Shown: positions 18,968 through 27,691 of the stretch, in pieces | Numbering within the stretch: the first letter of the stretch is position 1 | How the letters are laid out: each line of letters starts with the position of its first letter | Assembly: GCA_016718135.1 (NCBI GenBank) | Contig: JADKEF010000002.1 | Coordinates: 3,536-67,535, forward strand | Reading direction: 5' to 3' | DNA from: Acidobacteriota bacterium | GTDB taxonomy: Bacteria > Acidobacteriota > Blastocatellia > Pyrinomonadales > Pyrinomonadaceae | Length of the DNA: 64,000 bases | Notes under the pieces: generated by a model | Databases searched by the model: none | What the model saw: only the letters and a program-made list of their open reading frames with translations | What the model was told of the DNA's origin: nothing | Translations under genes and position numbers: made by a program

Positions 18968-20385
18968 TGCCTCAAGGTTATTATTCGTCGGGATACCGAG
19001 ACTAGGCCGATCTGCTCGTAGTTAATTACGTTTGCCGTCTGACCAAACTGGTTATTATTATTGTTTCCGCTGCCAACACCCAAAAACTGCGCGCTCTGTA
19101 CCGGCACACGCTGTCCAATACGCGCGGAGGAGTCTTCATTATTGAAAGCATGGATCTGGGTCGAAGCAATTAGCTTTGTATTGCCTTTGCTCTGATAGGC
19201 AGCAAAGCTAGCACTTGGGAGAACGATACCGGTTGGAACTGCGGCCGGAAGAGTTGTCGCGGCAGCTCCGGCAATTAGGGTGGCTAAGGGATTGTCCCCG
19301 AGCCTTACTAATCCGGCACCCGACCCGCCGAGGGCCGTAAGTTGTGCGGCGTTTCCTACCTGAAGGCCAAACTGAAGAAAGTCGTTCTTATTGACCTCGT
19401 AAAATGCAACATCCATCACGACCTCGGCACGATCCTTGTCAAGCGAACTGATTAGCTTTGCCATTAAGCGAATATTCTCTTCGGTATCGCGGATTGTGAC
19501 ACTATTCGTCGAGTCATCTGTCAGAACGATCGTCTGCGCACGGCCTGGCTGAGGCGGGATCGCTGTCTGAACAACCTTTGCAATGTCCTTGGGGGCAGCG
19601 TTTGCTAAATAAAATGTCCTCAAAACAAGCTGCTGAAACTTCTGCCGCTGCTGTTGGGTAGCTACGAGTATCGTTCTCGGACCAACTTTCTGAAAGAAAA
19701 GCCCTTCCTGTAAAAAGATGTAATCTAGTGCACGAGCCGCGGTCACGTTCTTAAGTTCGATATTGGTCTTTCGCGGCGAACGGAATGATTCCACATCGAA
19801 CAAAACGTTGAGGTCAAGATCCTTAGCAAGCTCCTTGATAATAAACTGAAGGTCAACGCCCGACGGGAACGGTATGTCACGAAGCTTCTCGAGCCGTTGT
19901 GGCAAGGCATCAGGAGTTGCGGTCGGCGAAGCGTAACCTGTCGGAACGAGCTTGACCTTGTTGTTAGTCCCCTTGACGCCTGGGTCAGAAGCTTCGAGCA
20001 AGTCCTTCTGGAGTCGCACCATTCGATCCATTTCCGATTTCGCAAGCTCGTTGGTCGGGTCAAAAGCGTAAGCACGGCGAAATGCCAGATATCCGCCTTC
20101 GTAATCCTTTTCCTTCGCCGCCGCGGTCCCTTTTTTCATGTACATCTGTGACGCATTGAAGAGCGAGCGCGTTAGATGGAGTCGATATTCAGGATTCTTC
20201 GGATTTTCGGCTACGGCCAGAGCAAAAGACTCGACGGCCTTGTCCCACTGCTCCGCGACCTCATATTTCATCCCTTCGGCAAAATGCTTTTTGTCATCGC
20301 CAAATGCAAGAATGCTGATCGGCGACATCAAAGCCAAAACGAGGATCAAGGTGACCGGAAAACGAAAACGGTTTAGATATTTCAT
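18964..20385 (-). CDS. secretin (GspD/PilQ family) with N-terminal TPR-like region; secretin domain apparently incomplete
   Basis: Signal peptide, TPR-like helices, N-domains (NV.FD....R.....L.NV....AL), and a secretin core (AEVVMDVAFYEV..., KLIASTQIHAFNNEDSSARIGQRVPV, INYEQIGL). The ORF ends where secretins normally continue for about 80 more residues. Confidence 0.7.
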   Translation of the reverse strand: MKYLNRFRFPVTLILVLALMSPISILAFGDDKKHFAEGMKYEVAEQWDKAVESFALAVAENPKNPEYRLHLTRSLFNASQMYMKKGTAAAKEKDYEGGYLAFRRAYAFDPTNELAKSEMDRMVRLQKDLLEASDPGVKGTNNKVKLVPTGYASPTATPDALPQRLEKLRDIPFPSGVDLQFIIKELAKDLDLNVLFDVESFRSPRKTNIELKNVTAARALDYIFLQEGLFFQKVGPRTILVATQQQRQKFQQLVLRTFYLANAAPKDIAKVVQTAIPPQPGRAQTIVLTDDSTNSVTIRDTEENIRLMAKLISSLDKDRAEVVMDVAFYEVNKNDFLQFGLQVGNAAQLTALGGSGAGLVRLGDNPLATLIAGAAATTLPAAVPTGIVLPSASFAAYQSKGNTKLIASTQIHAFNNEDSSARIGQRVPVQSAQFLGVGSGNNNNNQFGQTANVINYEQIGLVSVSRRIITLRQ

Positions 20386-20477
20386 AACGTTAACAACGCA
20401 AAAAACGTGAGATCAAGGATGCTGACGCTTGTGAGCCGTAGTTATACACGGCCAAAGGTACGCAAAGTTTCAAATTC

Positions 20478-20505
20478 TTAGATGCGCAAAAATCACAGAA
20501 TAACT
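20478..20505 (-). terminator. rho-independent terminator downstream of cinA
   Basis: 8-bp stem AAAATCAC/GTGATTTT followed on the minus strand by a T-run. Confidence 0.5.
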
Positions 20506-20553
20506 AAGTGATTTTCGGCTTATTGATGCAAAAAATCAACTTTATTCTTCGCT

Positions 20554-21795
20554 TTAGGCCATTCCGAGCTGTCGACGAAGATAATCGAGAGCCGCCTGGC
20601 TCGCACGCCAGCGGACAAGGTATCGGTCGCCAGGGAGCACGATCTTGACTGACTTCGTACCGCGGGGGCCCGAATAGCCGATGAATACTGTCCCTACGGG
20701 CTTTTCGTCGCACCCGCCGTCTGGCCCTGCAATGCCCGTAACCGAGATAGCATGGTCCGTCCCAGCAATATCCCGCATGCCCTTAGCCATCGCCTCGGCA
20801 CATTCGGAACTGACAGCTCCGTGTTCCGCAATTATCGCCGGATCGACGCCGAGAGCCCGCGTTTTTGCCTCGTTGGAATAGGTGATCGCACCTTCGAGAA
20901 AATAAGCGGACGAACCCGGAACATCGGTGAATCGCGACCCGATCAGCCCGCCCGTGCAGCTTTCGGCAACCGCGACGGTTTGGCCGAGTTCGATCAGTCG
21001 TTTGCCGACGACCTCTTCCATTGATTCGCCGTGTGCGGAGAAAACAGCATTTCCGAGAGCTTCAGCAAGCTTCTCCGCGAGTTCATCGGCGATTAACTGG
21101 GCTTGTTCAGGTTGCTCGGCAGTCGCGGCGACATGGATCTCGACCTCGCTTTTATTGAACAAGATCGACGTCTGAACGTCCGGATATGCCGTGTAGATCG
21201 GTGCCGCGATCTCATCGACCGCCGATTCACCTTTGCCCGAAACTCTGAGTAAACGCCGCCGAACATAAACTTCACCAGCTACCGCCTTTAGTTTCGGCAG
21301 CACATGCTCGTTGAACATCGGCTGATTCTCACGCGGCGGCCCGGGTAGGATCGCGAGGATTTTGCCGTCAAACTCCGCAAACATCCCGACGGCTGAGCCA
21401 TTCGGATTCGGCAATATCTCCGAGCCGTCGATCACATATGCCTGCCGCTTATTGATCTCCGGCATCTCACGGCCCCACGCCTTGAAACGTTCGCGTAAAT
21501 GCTGCTCAATGTCATCGTGATAAACGAGTTCACGACCAACAGCCTTGGCTGTGAAAACTCTAGTAATATCATCCTCAGTCGGCCCGAGCCCACCAGTCGT
21601 AATAACAATATCCGACCGCCGCATCGCATCCCGCACAGTTTCCTCAAGCCGTGCACCGTCGTCGCCGACGATGGTCTTCAGCTTGACATCGATCCCGATC
21701 TCATTCAGCCGCGCCGTCAGCCAAAGACTATTAGTATCAGTCTTCTCCGGCGTCAAAAGCTCAGAACCAATAGCAATTATTTCTGCTGTAAGCAT
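20554..21795 (-). CDS. cinA: CinA: competence/damage-inducible protein, NMN amidohydrolase (PncC) fusion
   Basis: 413 aa. N-terminal MoCF domain (AEIIAIGSELL.....DTNS.WL...L...GI) and C-terminal PncC domain (TVAVAESCTGGL). Confidence 0.9.
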   Translation of the reverse strand: MLTAEIIAIGSELLTPEKTDTNSLWLTARLNEIGIDVKLKTIVGDDGARLEETVRDAMRRSDIVITTGGLGPTEDDITRVFTAKAVGRELVYHDDIEQHLRERFKAWGREMPEINKRQAYVIDGSEILPNPNGSAVGMFAEFDGKILAILPGPPRENQPMFNEHVLPKLKAVAGEVYVRRRLLRVSGKGESAVDEIAAPIYTAYPDVQTSILFNKSEVEIHVAATAEQPEQAQLIADELAEKLAEALGNAVFSAHGESMEEVVGKRLIELGQTVAVAESCTGGLIGSRFTDVPGSSAYFLEGAITYSNEAKTRALGVDPAIIAEHGAVSSECAEAMAKGMRDIAGTDHAISVTGIAGPDGGCDEKPVGTVFIGYSGPRGTKSVKIVLPGDRYLVRWRASQAALDYLRRQLGMA

Positions 21796-21813
21796 AAGAA
21801 TTTTTTTGCCCTC

Positions 21814-21890
21814 GAATTACGCGAATAGGACGAATAAAAGCGATGCTTTTGAAAAGCAATTTCTTATTCGTTTTATTCGCATTATTCGCG
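21814..21890. repeat. imperfect hairpin with arms built from CGAATA(A) tandem units
   Basis: CGAATAGGACGAATAAAAGCGATGC..loop..GCAATTTCTTATTCGTTTTATTCG, directly downstream of the udg stop. Confidence 0.6.
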
Positions 21891-21907
21891 GGCAAAACTC
21901 CTTCTTC

Positions 21908-22891
21908 CTATATAGATGCTGCAAGATAGTCGCGAACCATCTTCATATCTTCCCAAACCTCGCGTTTCTTATGCGGATCGCGAAGGAGATACGCCGGGTG
22001 AAATGTTGGCATGACCTTCGTCCCCAAATAGTCGTGAAAATGGCCGCGCAGCTTACCGATCGGGACCTTTGTTTCAAGCAAATTCTGCGCAGCAGTCGCT
22101 CCCAAAACAACGATGACCTTTGGCCGCACAACCGCGATCTCTCGAAACAGGAACGGCTTGCAAACGACCGATTCGTCAGGCTCCGGTGCACGATTGCCCG
22201 GCGGACGACAGCGATTCATATTACCGATAAACACTTCCGAACGCTCAAAGCCCATCGCCTTGATAATATCAGTCAAAAGCTGACCCGCACGCCCTACAAA
22301 CGGCTCGCCCTGAGCATCCTCATCCGCCCCCGGAGCCTCGCCGACGAACATGAGATCAGCATTAAAATTCCCAACGCTATTCACAACCTTCGTCCGGCCG
22401 AGCGTGCTCAATTTGCAACGCCTACATTCAGAGCCGATTTCCGCCCGAATCGCCTCGATCGTCTCAGTTGGTTCCGGCATTGCCGGCACGGTGTCGAAAA
22501 GCTCGATGCTCGGAACCCCAACTATCGGCTTCTGATCAACGATTGGAGCCGCAACTAGCGCATCGTCCAAAGTTTCCTTCGCCACCGATTCCTGCGGGTT
22601 ATATTTATCAAAAAACGCATTCTTCGGCCTGCTCGACAAAGACGGCAGCGACGCCAACCGTGAACCCGCCGCGGGACGATCAACCGGTTTCGTGACTTCG
22701 GGCTGTTTATTTAAAATTTCAGATCCCAAATTGGAGATCTCGGGCGACGCGGGAACACCCCGCAAAGTCTCGCGGGTCGGAGCCGCCGTAGGCAGAGCTA
22801 TTTCCGCGTCCAACGTCCTCACCCCAAGCTCCTGCATATAAAGCACTTGCTCGCGTACATCCGCAATAAGTTCGCTGATCTCGTTCCCCAT
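21908..22891 (-). CDS. family-4 uracil-DNA glycosylase with a roughly 110-aa N-terminal extension
   Basis: C..C.L, VGEAPGADEDAQGEPFVGRAGQLL and TFHPAYLLR motifs. Confidence 0.85.
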   Translation of the reverse strand: MGNEISELIADVREQVLYMQELGVRTLDAEIALPTAAPTRETLRGVPASPEISNLGSEILNKQPEVTKPVDRPAAGSRLASLPSLSSRPKNAFFDKYNPQESVAKETLDDALVAAPIVDQKPIVGVPSIELFDTVPAMPEPTETIEAIRAEIGSECRRCKLSTLGRTKVVNSVGNFNADLMFVGEAPGADEDAQGEPFVGRAGQLLTDIIKAMGFERSEVFIGNMNRCRPPGNRAPEPDESVVCKPFLFREIAVVRPKVIVVLGATAAQNLLETKVPIGKLRGHFHDYLGTKVMPTFHPAYLLRDPHKKREVWEDMKMVRDYLAASI

Positions 22892-22917
22892 CCTCTTAAT
22901 TTCGTAATTCGTAATTC

Positions 22918-24150
22918 CTAATTCGTAATTGATTGCCCCTGTCGCAGTCGAATGACTTCGTCCAAAATACGGTCGCCCAACTCCCTTTTCGAAATTAGCG
23001 GCAATTCAGTTTCGGTGGTGTGTGTGATGATCGTCGCGATGTTCGTATCTGTGTTAAACCCCGCACCTTCTTTTGTAATGTCGTTCGCGACAACGATATC
23101 CAGGCCCTTTTTCTCCATCTTCGAGCGGGCGTAGCCGACGACGTCATTCGTCTCGGCAGCAAACCCGACGACCATCAAGCCGTCATGCCGATTCCGCGAA
23201 ACGTCCGCCAGAATATCCGGCGTCTTCTTGAGTTCCAACGTCATCGTATCGCGGCCTTCTTTCTTGATCTTTGCATCAGCTGCATTCGCCGGCGCATAAT
23301 CCGCAACCGCCGCGGCCCCGACAAATATGGTCGCCGATGGCAGTTCCTTCATCACCGCCTCATGCATCTGTTCCGCTGAAACGGCGCGGATCACATTCAC
23401 ATTCGACGGGGGCTCAACGGTAGTTACACCTGCGACAACAGTGACCGATGCCGCACGATCCGCCGCCGCCGCCGCCAACGCAAATCCCATCTTGCCGGAC
23501 GAATGATTAGAGATAAATCTAACTGGATCGATCGCCTCACGCGTACCGCCGACGGTTATCAGTAATTTCTCTCCAGCCAAATCCGCCTTTGCGTCTTTGC
23601 CCCTTTGCGTCTTTGCGTTAAGAAGTCTTAACGCCTGCGAAACAATATTCTCCACATCTTCCAGCTTCCCCGTCCCGACCGTCTTGCACGCTAGTTCCCC
23701 CGCGACCGGATCGACAAAATGGACGCCGTCCGCACGAAGCTGCTCGACATTCCGCTGAGTGGCGGGCTGTTCCCACATTGTCACGTTCATCGCTGGAGCG
23801 ATAATCACCGGGGCGGTGGTCGCCAGATACGTCGAAGATAGAAAATCGTCCGCCACGCCGTTGGCGAATTTGGCGATAATATTCGCCGTCGCCGGAACGA
23901 TCAGGAGCAGGTCGATGTTTTGCGAAAAATTGATATGCGCGATCGGGTCAGGATTCGCCGGATCGTAGTCATCCACAATGACATGCCGGTCGGTCAGCGC
24001 CCTGAACGTCAACGGCTGCACAAACTCCGTCGCATGCCGCGTCATCGCAACCGTGACATCGCACCCGGCCTTCTGCAACAGCCGCAAAACCTCGACCGCC
24101 TTATAAGCCGCAATACCGCCTGTGACACCTAATCCGATGTTGAAAGTCAT
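22918..24150 (-). CDS. coaBC: bifunctional phosphopantothenoylcysteine decarboxylase / phosphopantothenate-cysteine ligase
   Basis: 410 aa with an N-terminal flavoprotein domain (GVTGGIAAYK), TVGGTREAIDPVRFISNHSSGKMG and KKGLDIVVAND. Confidence 0.9.
   Translation of the reverse strand: MTFNIGLGVTGGIAAYKAVEVLRLLQKAGCDVTVAMTRHATEFVQPLTFRALTDRHVIVDDYDPANPDPIAHINFSQNIDLLLIVPATANIIAKFANGVADDFLSSTYLATTAPVIIAPAMNVTMWEQPATQRNVEQLRADGVHFVDPVAGELACKTVGTGKLEDVENIVSQALRLLNAKTQRGKDAKADLAGEKLLITVGGTREAIDPVRFISNHSSGKMGFALAAAAADRAASVTVVAGVTTVEPPSNVNVIRAVSAEQMHEAVMKELPSATIFVGAAAVADYAPANAADAKIKKEGRDTMTLELKKTPDILADVSRNRHDGLMVVGFAAETNDVVGYARSKMEKKGLDIVVANDITKEGAGFNTDTNIATIITHTTETELPLISKRELGDRILDEVIRLRQGQSITN
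23587..23633. repeat. CTTTGCG(T/C) tandem units plus 9-bp palindrome embedded in frame in the coaBC inter-domain linker
   Basis: cctttgcgt ctttgccc ctttgcgt ctttgcgt followed by GCGTTAAGA-AG-TCTTAACGC. Encodes LLNAKTQRGKDAKAD on the minus strand. Confidence 0.7.
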
Positions 24151-24366
24151 ACTACTCCGACTGATTGATTATAAGCCGATTTGTTGCAATCTTGCTTTAC
24201 TAACCGCTAAGTTTCGTGAGATCCGTAGACCTGACCAGCGTGCGAAGCATTCCGGCGATGTCTATTTCTGATCACTCATATAGTTGCAGGGAAAATTCGG
24301 ATTCTGATATTCTTGAAACGTAGCTGCTCGATCATACCTTAGTACCAAATTATAGAATACAGAAAA

Positions 24367-25399
24367 ATGAAACTTGGTAATTTCCCCGTTGTATTTTTTA
24401 CGGTAATTTTCGTCGCGATTGCCTCAGTAGCTCAAACGGGTTTCAAATCGCCGCAGCAACATATTGCGGCAATCGAAGCGGGCGAACGCGAGATCGCCGC
24501 GGATCCGTGGAATCAGAGAGCCTATACAAACCACCGCCTAGCGCTTTATGACCTCGAGAAGGAACGCAGGGCTGGACGGACCGGCCTGCCCGCGATCCAA
24601 CCGTTTCTCGACAGGGTGTCGAAGGGTCATCCCAACAATATCTGCGTCGACTGGAGCATCAAATCCCTTCGTCCCTGGAAGAACCTCAAGGAATACGCGG
24701 ATGCGGTCGAACTTTCGCTCCGTTCACATACCGATCGGCGCGGCGATACCTGCGCCGCCGATCTTGCAAAGGACGCCGGGATCATGCTGTCAAAGGACGG
24801 TCAGTACAAACGAGCCGAGGAATTCTTCGTAAAGCAAAAGGCTGTCGCTCCAAAGGACCCGTTCGTTGACGGTTACATACGCGAGGCAAAAGAAAAGGCC
24901 CACACAAAGATGATGCAGGACGTCGTGAAGATCGGAGCCGCCGAGGGCAGCAAAGAACCTAAGCTCGTTATCCTGCCCGACGGCGGTATCTACGTGGGCC
25001 AGGTGAATGCGGCGGACCGTCCTCATGGCAAAGGGCGGTATCAAGGCCAAAACGGCAACATCTACGAGGGATCATTCTTTGACGGTCAGATGACGGGCTA
25101 CGGCGTGTACAAATATACGAACGGCCGGAAGTATGAGGGCGAGTTTTACAAGACCAATTTCCACGGCAAGGGGCCGCTACGACGCGATGGAATGGGTCTA
25201 CACCGGCGACTTCAACCTCACTAAAATGACTGGCAAAGGCAAACTGGTTTATGTGAGCGGGCCCAATAAAGGCGAAGAGTACGAAGGCGATTTCCTCGAT
25301 GGACAGATCCACGGCGAGGGCACGTACCGCCAGAAAGACGGCCAGGTCGTCTGGGGCACCTTCGAGAAAGGCCGTTTGGTGAAATCGGCAAAGTGGTGA
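24367..25399 (+). pseudogene. secreted MORN-repeat protein, reading frame broken by one apparent 1-nt indel
   Basis: ORFs 24367..25224 and 25133..25399 join as ..YEGEFYKTNFHGKG|RYDAMEWVYTGDF.. (YxGxxxxGxxxGxG MORN units). The frame changes at ggcaaggggccgctac, about 25170-25176. Confidence 0.7.
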
Positions 25400-25409
25400 A
25401 GCTTCGCAT

Positions 25410-26672
25410 CTATAACGATCCCAAGGACCGGATCCGTGACCGATCCAGAGAACCGCCTTTTACGAGCAGTTCAACCTCTTCCCTAGCCCAGGGCGAATAC
25501 CCATTCGCTGGATCGGCGACCTCGACCACGAACTGCTCCCAGTCAACCCATTTCACATCATTGACCTCTGCCGGATTTGGACGCGGCAAAGCGGACGCAA
25601 ACCCCACAAACACCGGACAGATCTCATTCTCAACCACGCCGTCTTTTTCGGCTCGGTAGCGGAAATCGGGGAGGATGAGGTGGAGTTTTTCTACTCGCAT
25701 TCCGAGTTCGTATTTGAGGCGGCGGCGGGCGGCGGATTCGGTGGATTCGTGGAGCATGACGTGGCCGCAGCACGAGTTTGACCAGACGCCGGGCCAGGTT
25801 TTCTTGGTGAGGGCTCGCTGCTGTAGCAGCAATTCGCCTTTGTCGTTGAAGAGGAAGATAGAGAACGCGAGATGGCGCTTGGTGTCTCCGTCATGAGCGG
25901 CGAGCTTGCGGCTCGTTCCGGTCGGCACGCCCGATTCGTCGCAATAAACGATCATGTCGTCAAAGGCGTAGTGATACTTGCTGTAAAACGCCGCAAGCAA
26001 AGCGATCACAACGATACCAATCGCTAGAGGCCAGTACATCCCTGAGAAAAACGCGATGAACGTCCAGAACGCGACAATAAAAAACGTGCTTGAGATCATT
26101 TGCGCCGGGGCGGGCAGCAAAGGTTTTTTGATCAGAGTAAAGGTCTCAAGCACGACGCCGGCAATGGCCCCCGAAAACAGCCAGCCGACAAAATTCGAAA
26201 CCGGAACGCCATAAAAAACTCCGCCGCCCTCGTACCGCCAAAACCCGATCTTCACCGCTCCGGGGTCTAGAACGAGATCGAAGACAACAAGCAGCACTGC
26301 CGTCAACACGATCCGAAGAATGCTGGCTACTAGCTGATAGCTAACAGCTAACGGCTTTGCTTCGAACAACCGCCGGGCGATCGCATAGGCCGCTAAAACT
26401 AAAGGAGTCCAAGCCAGAAAAACCGTCCACGGCGTCAACCCAAACAACCGAAAACCGAGCAGACCAGAATACCCAAAATGCCCGTACGGAAAACCTGTGA
26501 TGATAGCGCTCGTCTCGATCACCAAAGCCAAAACACCCAACGCTCCCCACAGCAGAAAAGCGTCACGCCAACCAAGCCACCATCGCGTCGCCCAAAATGT
26601 CGGTGCCGCAAACAGGATGACGTTGATGCCGGACACCCAGGCAAGCGAGGGCGGAATGACGACATTCGCCAT
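25410..26672 (-). CDS. fusion of CruF-type carotenoid biosynthesis membrane protein (DUF422/Caroten_synth) with type-1 isopentenyl-diphosphate isomerase (Nudix)
   Basis: The N-terminal roughly 240 aa are polytopic with ITGFPYGHFGY and LDPGAVKIGFWRYE. The C-terminal roughly 175 aa carry LAFSIFLFN..GELLLQQRA..K..WPGVWSNSCCGH and E.E.CPVF (Idi). The ATG at 26670-26672 is preferred. Confidence 0.75.
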   Translation of the reverse strand: MANVVIPPSLAWVSGINVILFAAPTFWATRWWLGWRDAFLLWGALGVLALVIETSAIITGFPYGHFGYSGLLGFRLFGLTPWTVFLAWTPLVLAAYAIARRLFEAKPLAVSYQLVASILRIVLTAVLLVVFDLVLDPGAVKIGFWRYEGGGVFYGVPVSNFVGWLFSGAIAGVVLETFTLIKKPLLPAPAQMISSTFFIVAFWTFIAFFSGMYWPLAIGIVVIALLAAFYSKYHYAFDDMIVYCDESGVPTGTSRKLAAHDGDTKRHLAFSIFLFNDKGELLLQQRALTKKTWPGVWSNSCCGHVMLHESTESAARRRLKYELGMRVEKLHLILPDFRYRAEKDGVVENEICPVFVGFASALPRPNPAEVNDVKWVDWEQFVVEVADPANGYSPWAREEVELLVKGGSLDRSRIRSLGSL

Positions 26673-26676
26673 TTCG

Positions 26677-26818
26677 CCGGGAACGCAGCCGCCCTCGGCT
26701 GCAAACGCCGGTTCCTCCGGCGTGGAGGTACTATCAATTCTCACGTTGAAGCGTTCACCACGCGCACCAGCGTCCCGAAGCGGAACGCTTTTGCAGTCGA
26801 GGGCGGCTGCGTTCCCGG
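26677..26818. repeat. 142-nt element with 21-bp perfect inverted termini, in the divergent promoter
   Basis: CCGGGAACGCAGCCGCCCTCG at 26677-26697 and its exact reverse complement at 26798-26818. The arms extend to 29 bp if one G:T pair is allowed. Confidence 0.85.
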
Positions 26819-26843
26819 CCGTAGGTTCGCTATACTCTCCTCG

Positions 26844-27686
26844 ATGCATTTCCTCCTCAAAGTCAGCCGCCCGCGATTTTGGTTCTATATTTTCGGGCCG
26901 TATCTTGTCGGCCTGGTCGCGGCGGCCGAGACGCGAGGAGACTTGCTCGATTGGCGGTTCGCTCTGTTTGGGCTCTATTTTCTGCTGCCGGCAAACCTTC
27001 TGATCTACGGCGTCAACGATATTTTCGACTATGAGACAGACAAGCTAAACGAGAAGAAGAACGCTTACGAAACTCTCGTCGTCCCCGATCGTCGAAAGTC
27101 GTTGACGATTGCAATACTCACAACGAATATACCGTTCATAATCGCCTCGATCATTTTCGCTTCCGCAGCTTTACCTTCGCTCGTGGGCTTTCTGTTTTTT
27201 TCTATCTTCTACTCCGCACAACCCATTAGAGCGAAGACAAAGCCCTTTCTCGATTCAGCATTCAACATCTTGTACGTCTTTCCCGGAGCGTTCGCCTATC
27301 AGATGGTTTCCAGCACTTTCCCACCAATCGGTCTAATGATAGCCGCCGGATGCTGGACTGCGGCGATGCATGCGTATTCGGCGATCCCGGATATTGAGGC
27401 GGACAAGGCTGCCGGATTGAAGACCATTGCTACCGTCCTCGGCCCGTATGGAACGCTTGCCGCTTGTGCCATTCTCTACGCCGCGTCCGCGATTCTCTCG
27501 GCCGAACACCTCGGCATCGCAAGCTTCACGCTCGGCGGGGCATATATACTGTTGATGCTCGCCTCGGTGGCTTCGTATCGATCCGGCCGTCTTTTCAAAC
27601 TCTACCGTGCTTTTCCGCTCATCAACATCGCCGCCGGTTTCGTGATTTTCTGGAACGTAGCATTGTCAAAACTGCTCCCTTTGTAA
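26844..27686 (+). CDS. UbiA-family prenyltransferase, lycopene-elongase-like
   Basis: 280 aa, polytopic, with RPRFW, the NDIFDYETD aspartate-rich motif and a second D-rich region. TATACT lies 7 nt upstream of the ATG, so the mRNA may be leaderless. Confidence 0.75.
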   Translation: MHFLLKVSRPRFWFYIFGPYLVGLVAAAETRGDLLDWRFALFGLYFLLPANLLIYGVNDIFDYETDKLNEKKNAYETLVVPDRRKSLTIAILTTNIPFIIASIIFASAALPSLVGFLFFSIFYSAQPIRAKTKPFLDSAFNILYVFPGAFAYQMVSSTFPPIGLMIAAGCWTAAMHAYSAIPDIEADKAAGLKTIATVLGPYGTLAACAILYAASAILSAEHLGIASFTLGGAYILLMLASVASYRSGRLFKLYRAFPLINIAAGFVIFWNVALSKLLPL

Positions 27687-27691
27687 ACTCC

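Noticed and set aside
21545-22558. 337-aa plus-strand ORF
   Set aside because: It is antisense to cinA and the uracil-DNA glycosylase, crosses their intergenic repeat, and has Arg/Ser/Ile-rich non-protein-like composition.
26478-26843. N-terminal 122-codon extension of the prenyltransferase ORF in the ORF track
   Set aside because: It overlaps the cruF-idi coding region on the other strand and runs through the 142-nt inverted repeat. The sequence is not protein-like. The ATG at 26844 immediately precedes the first TM/RPRFW motif.
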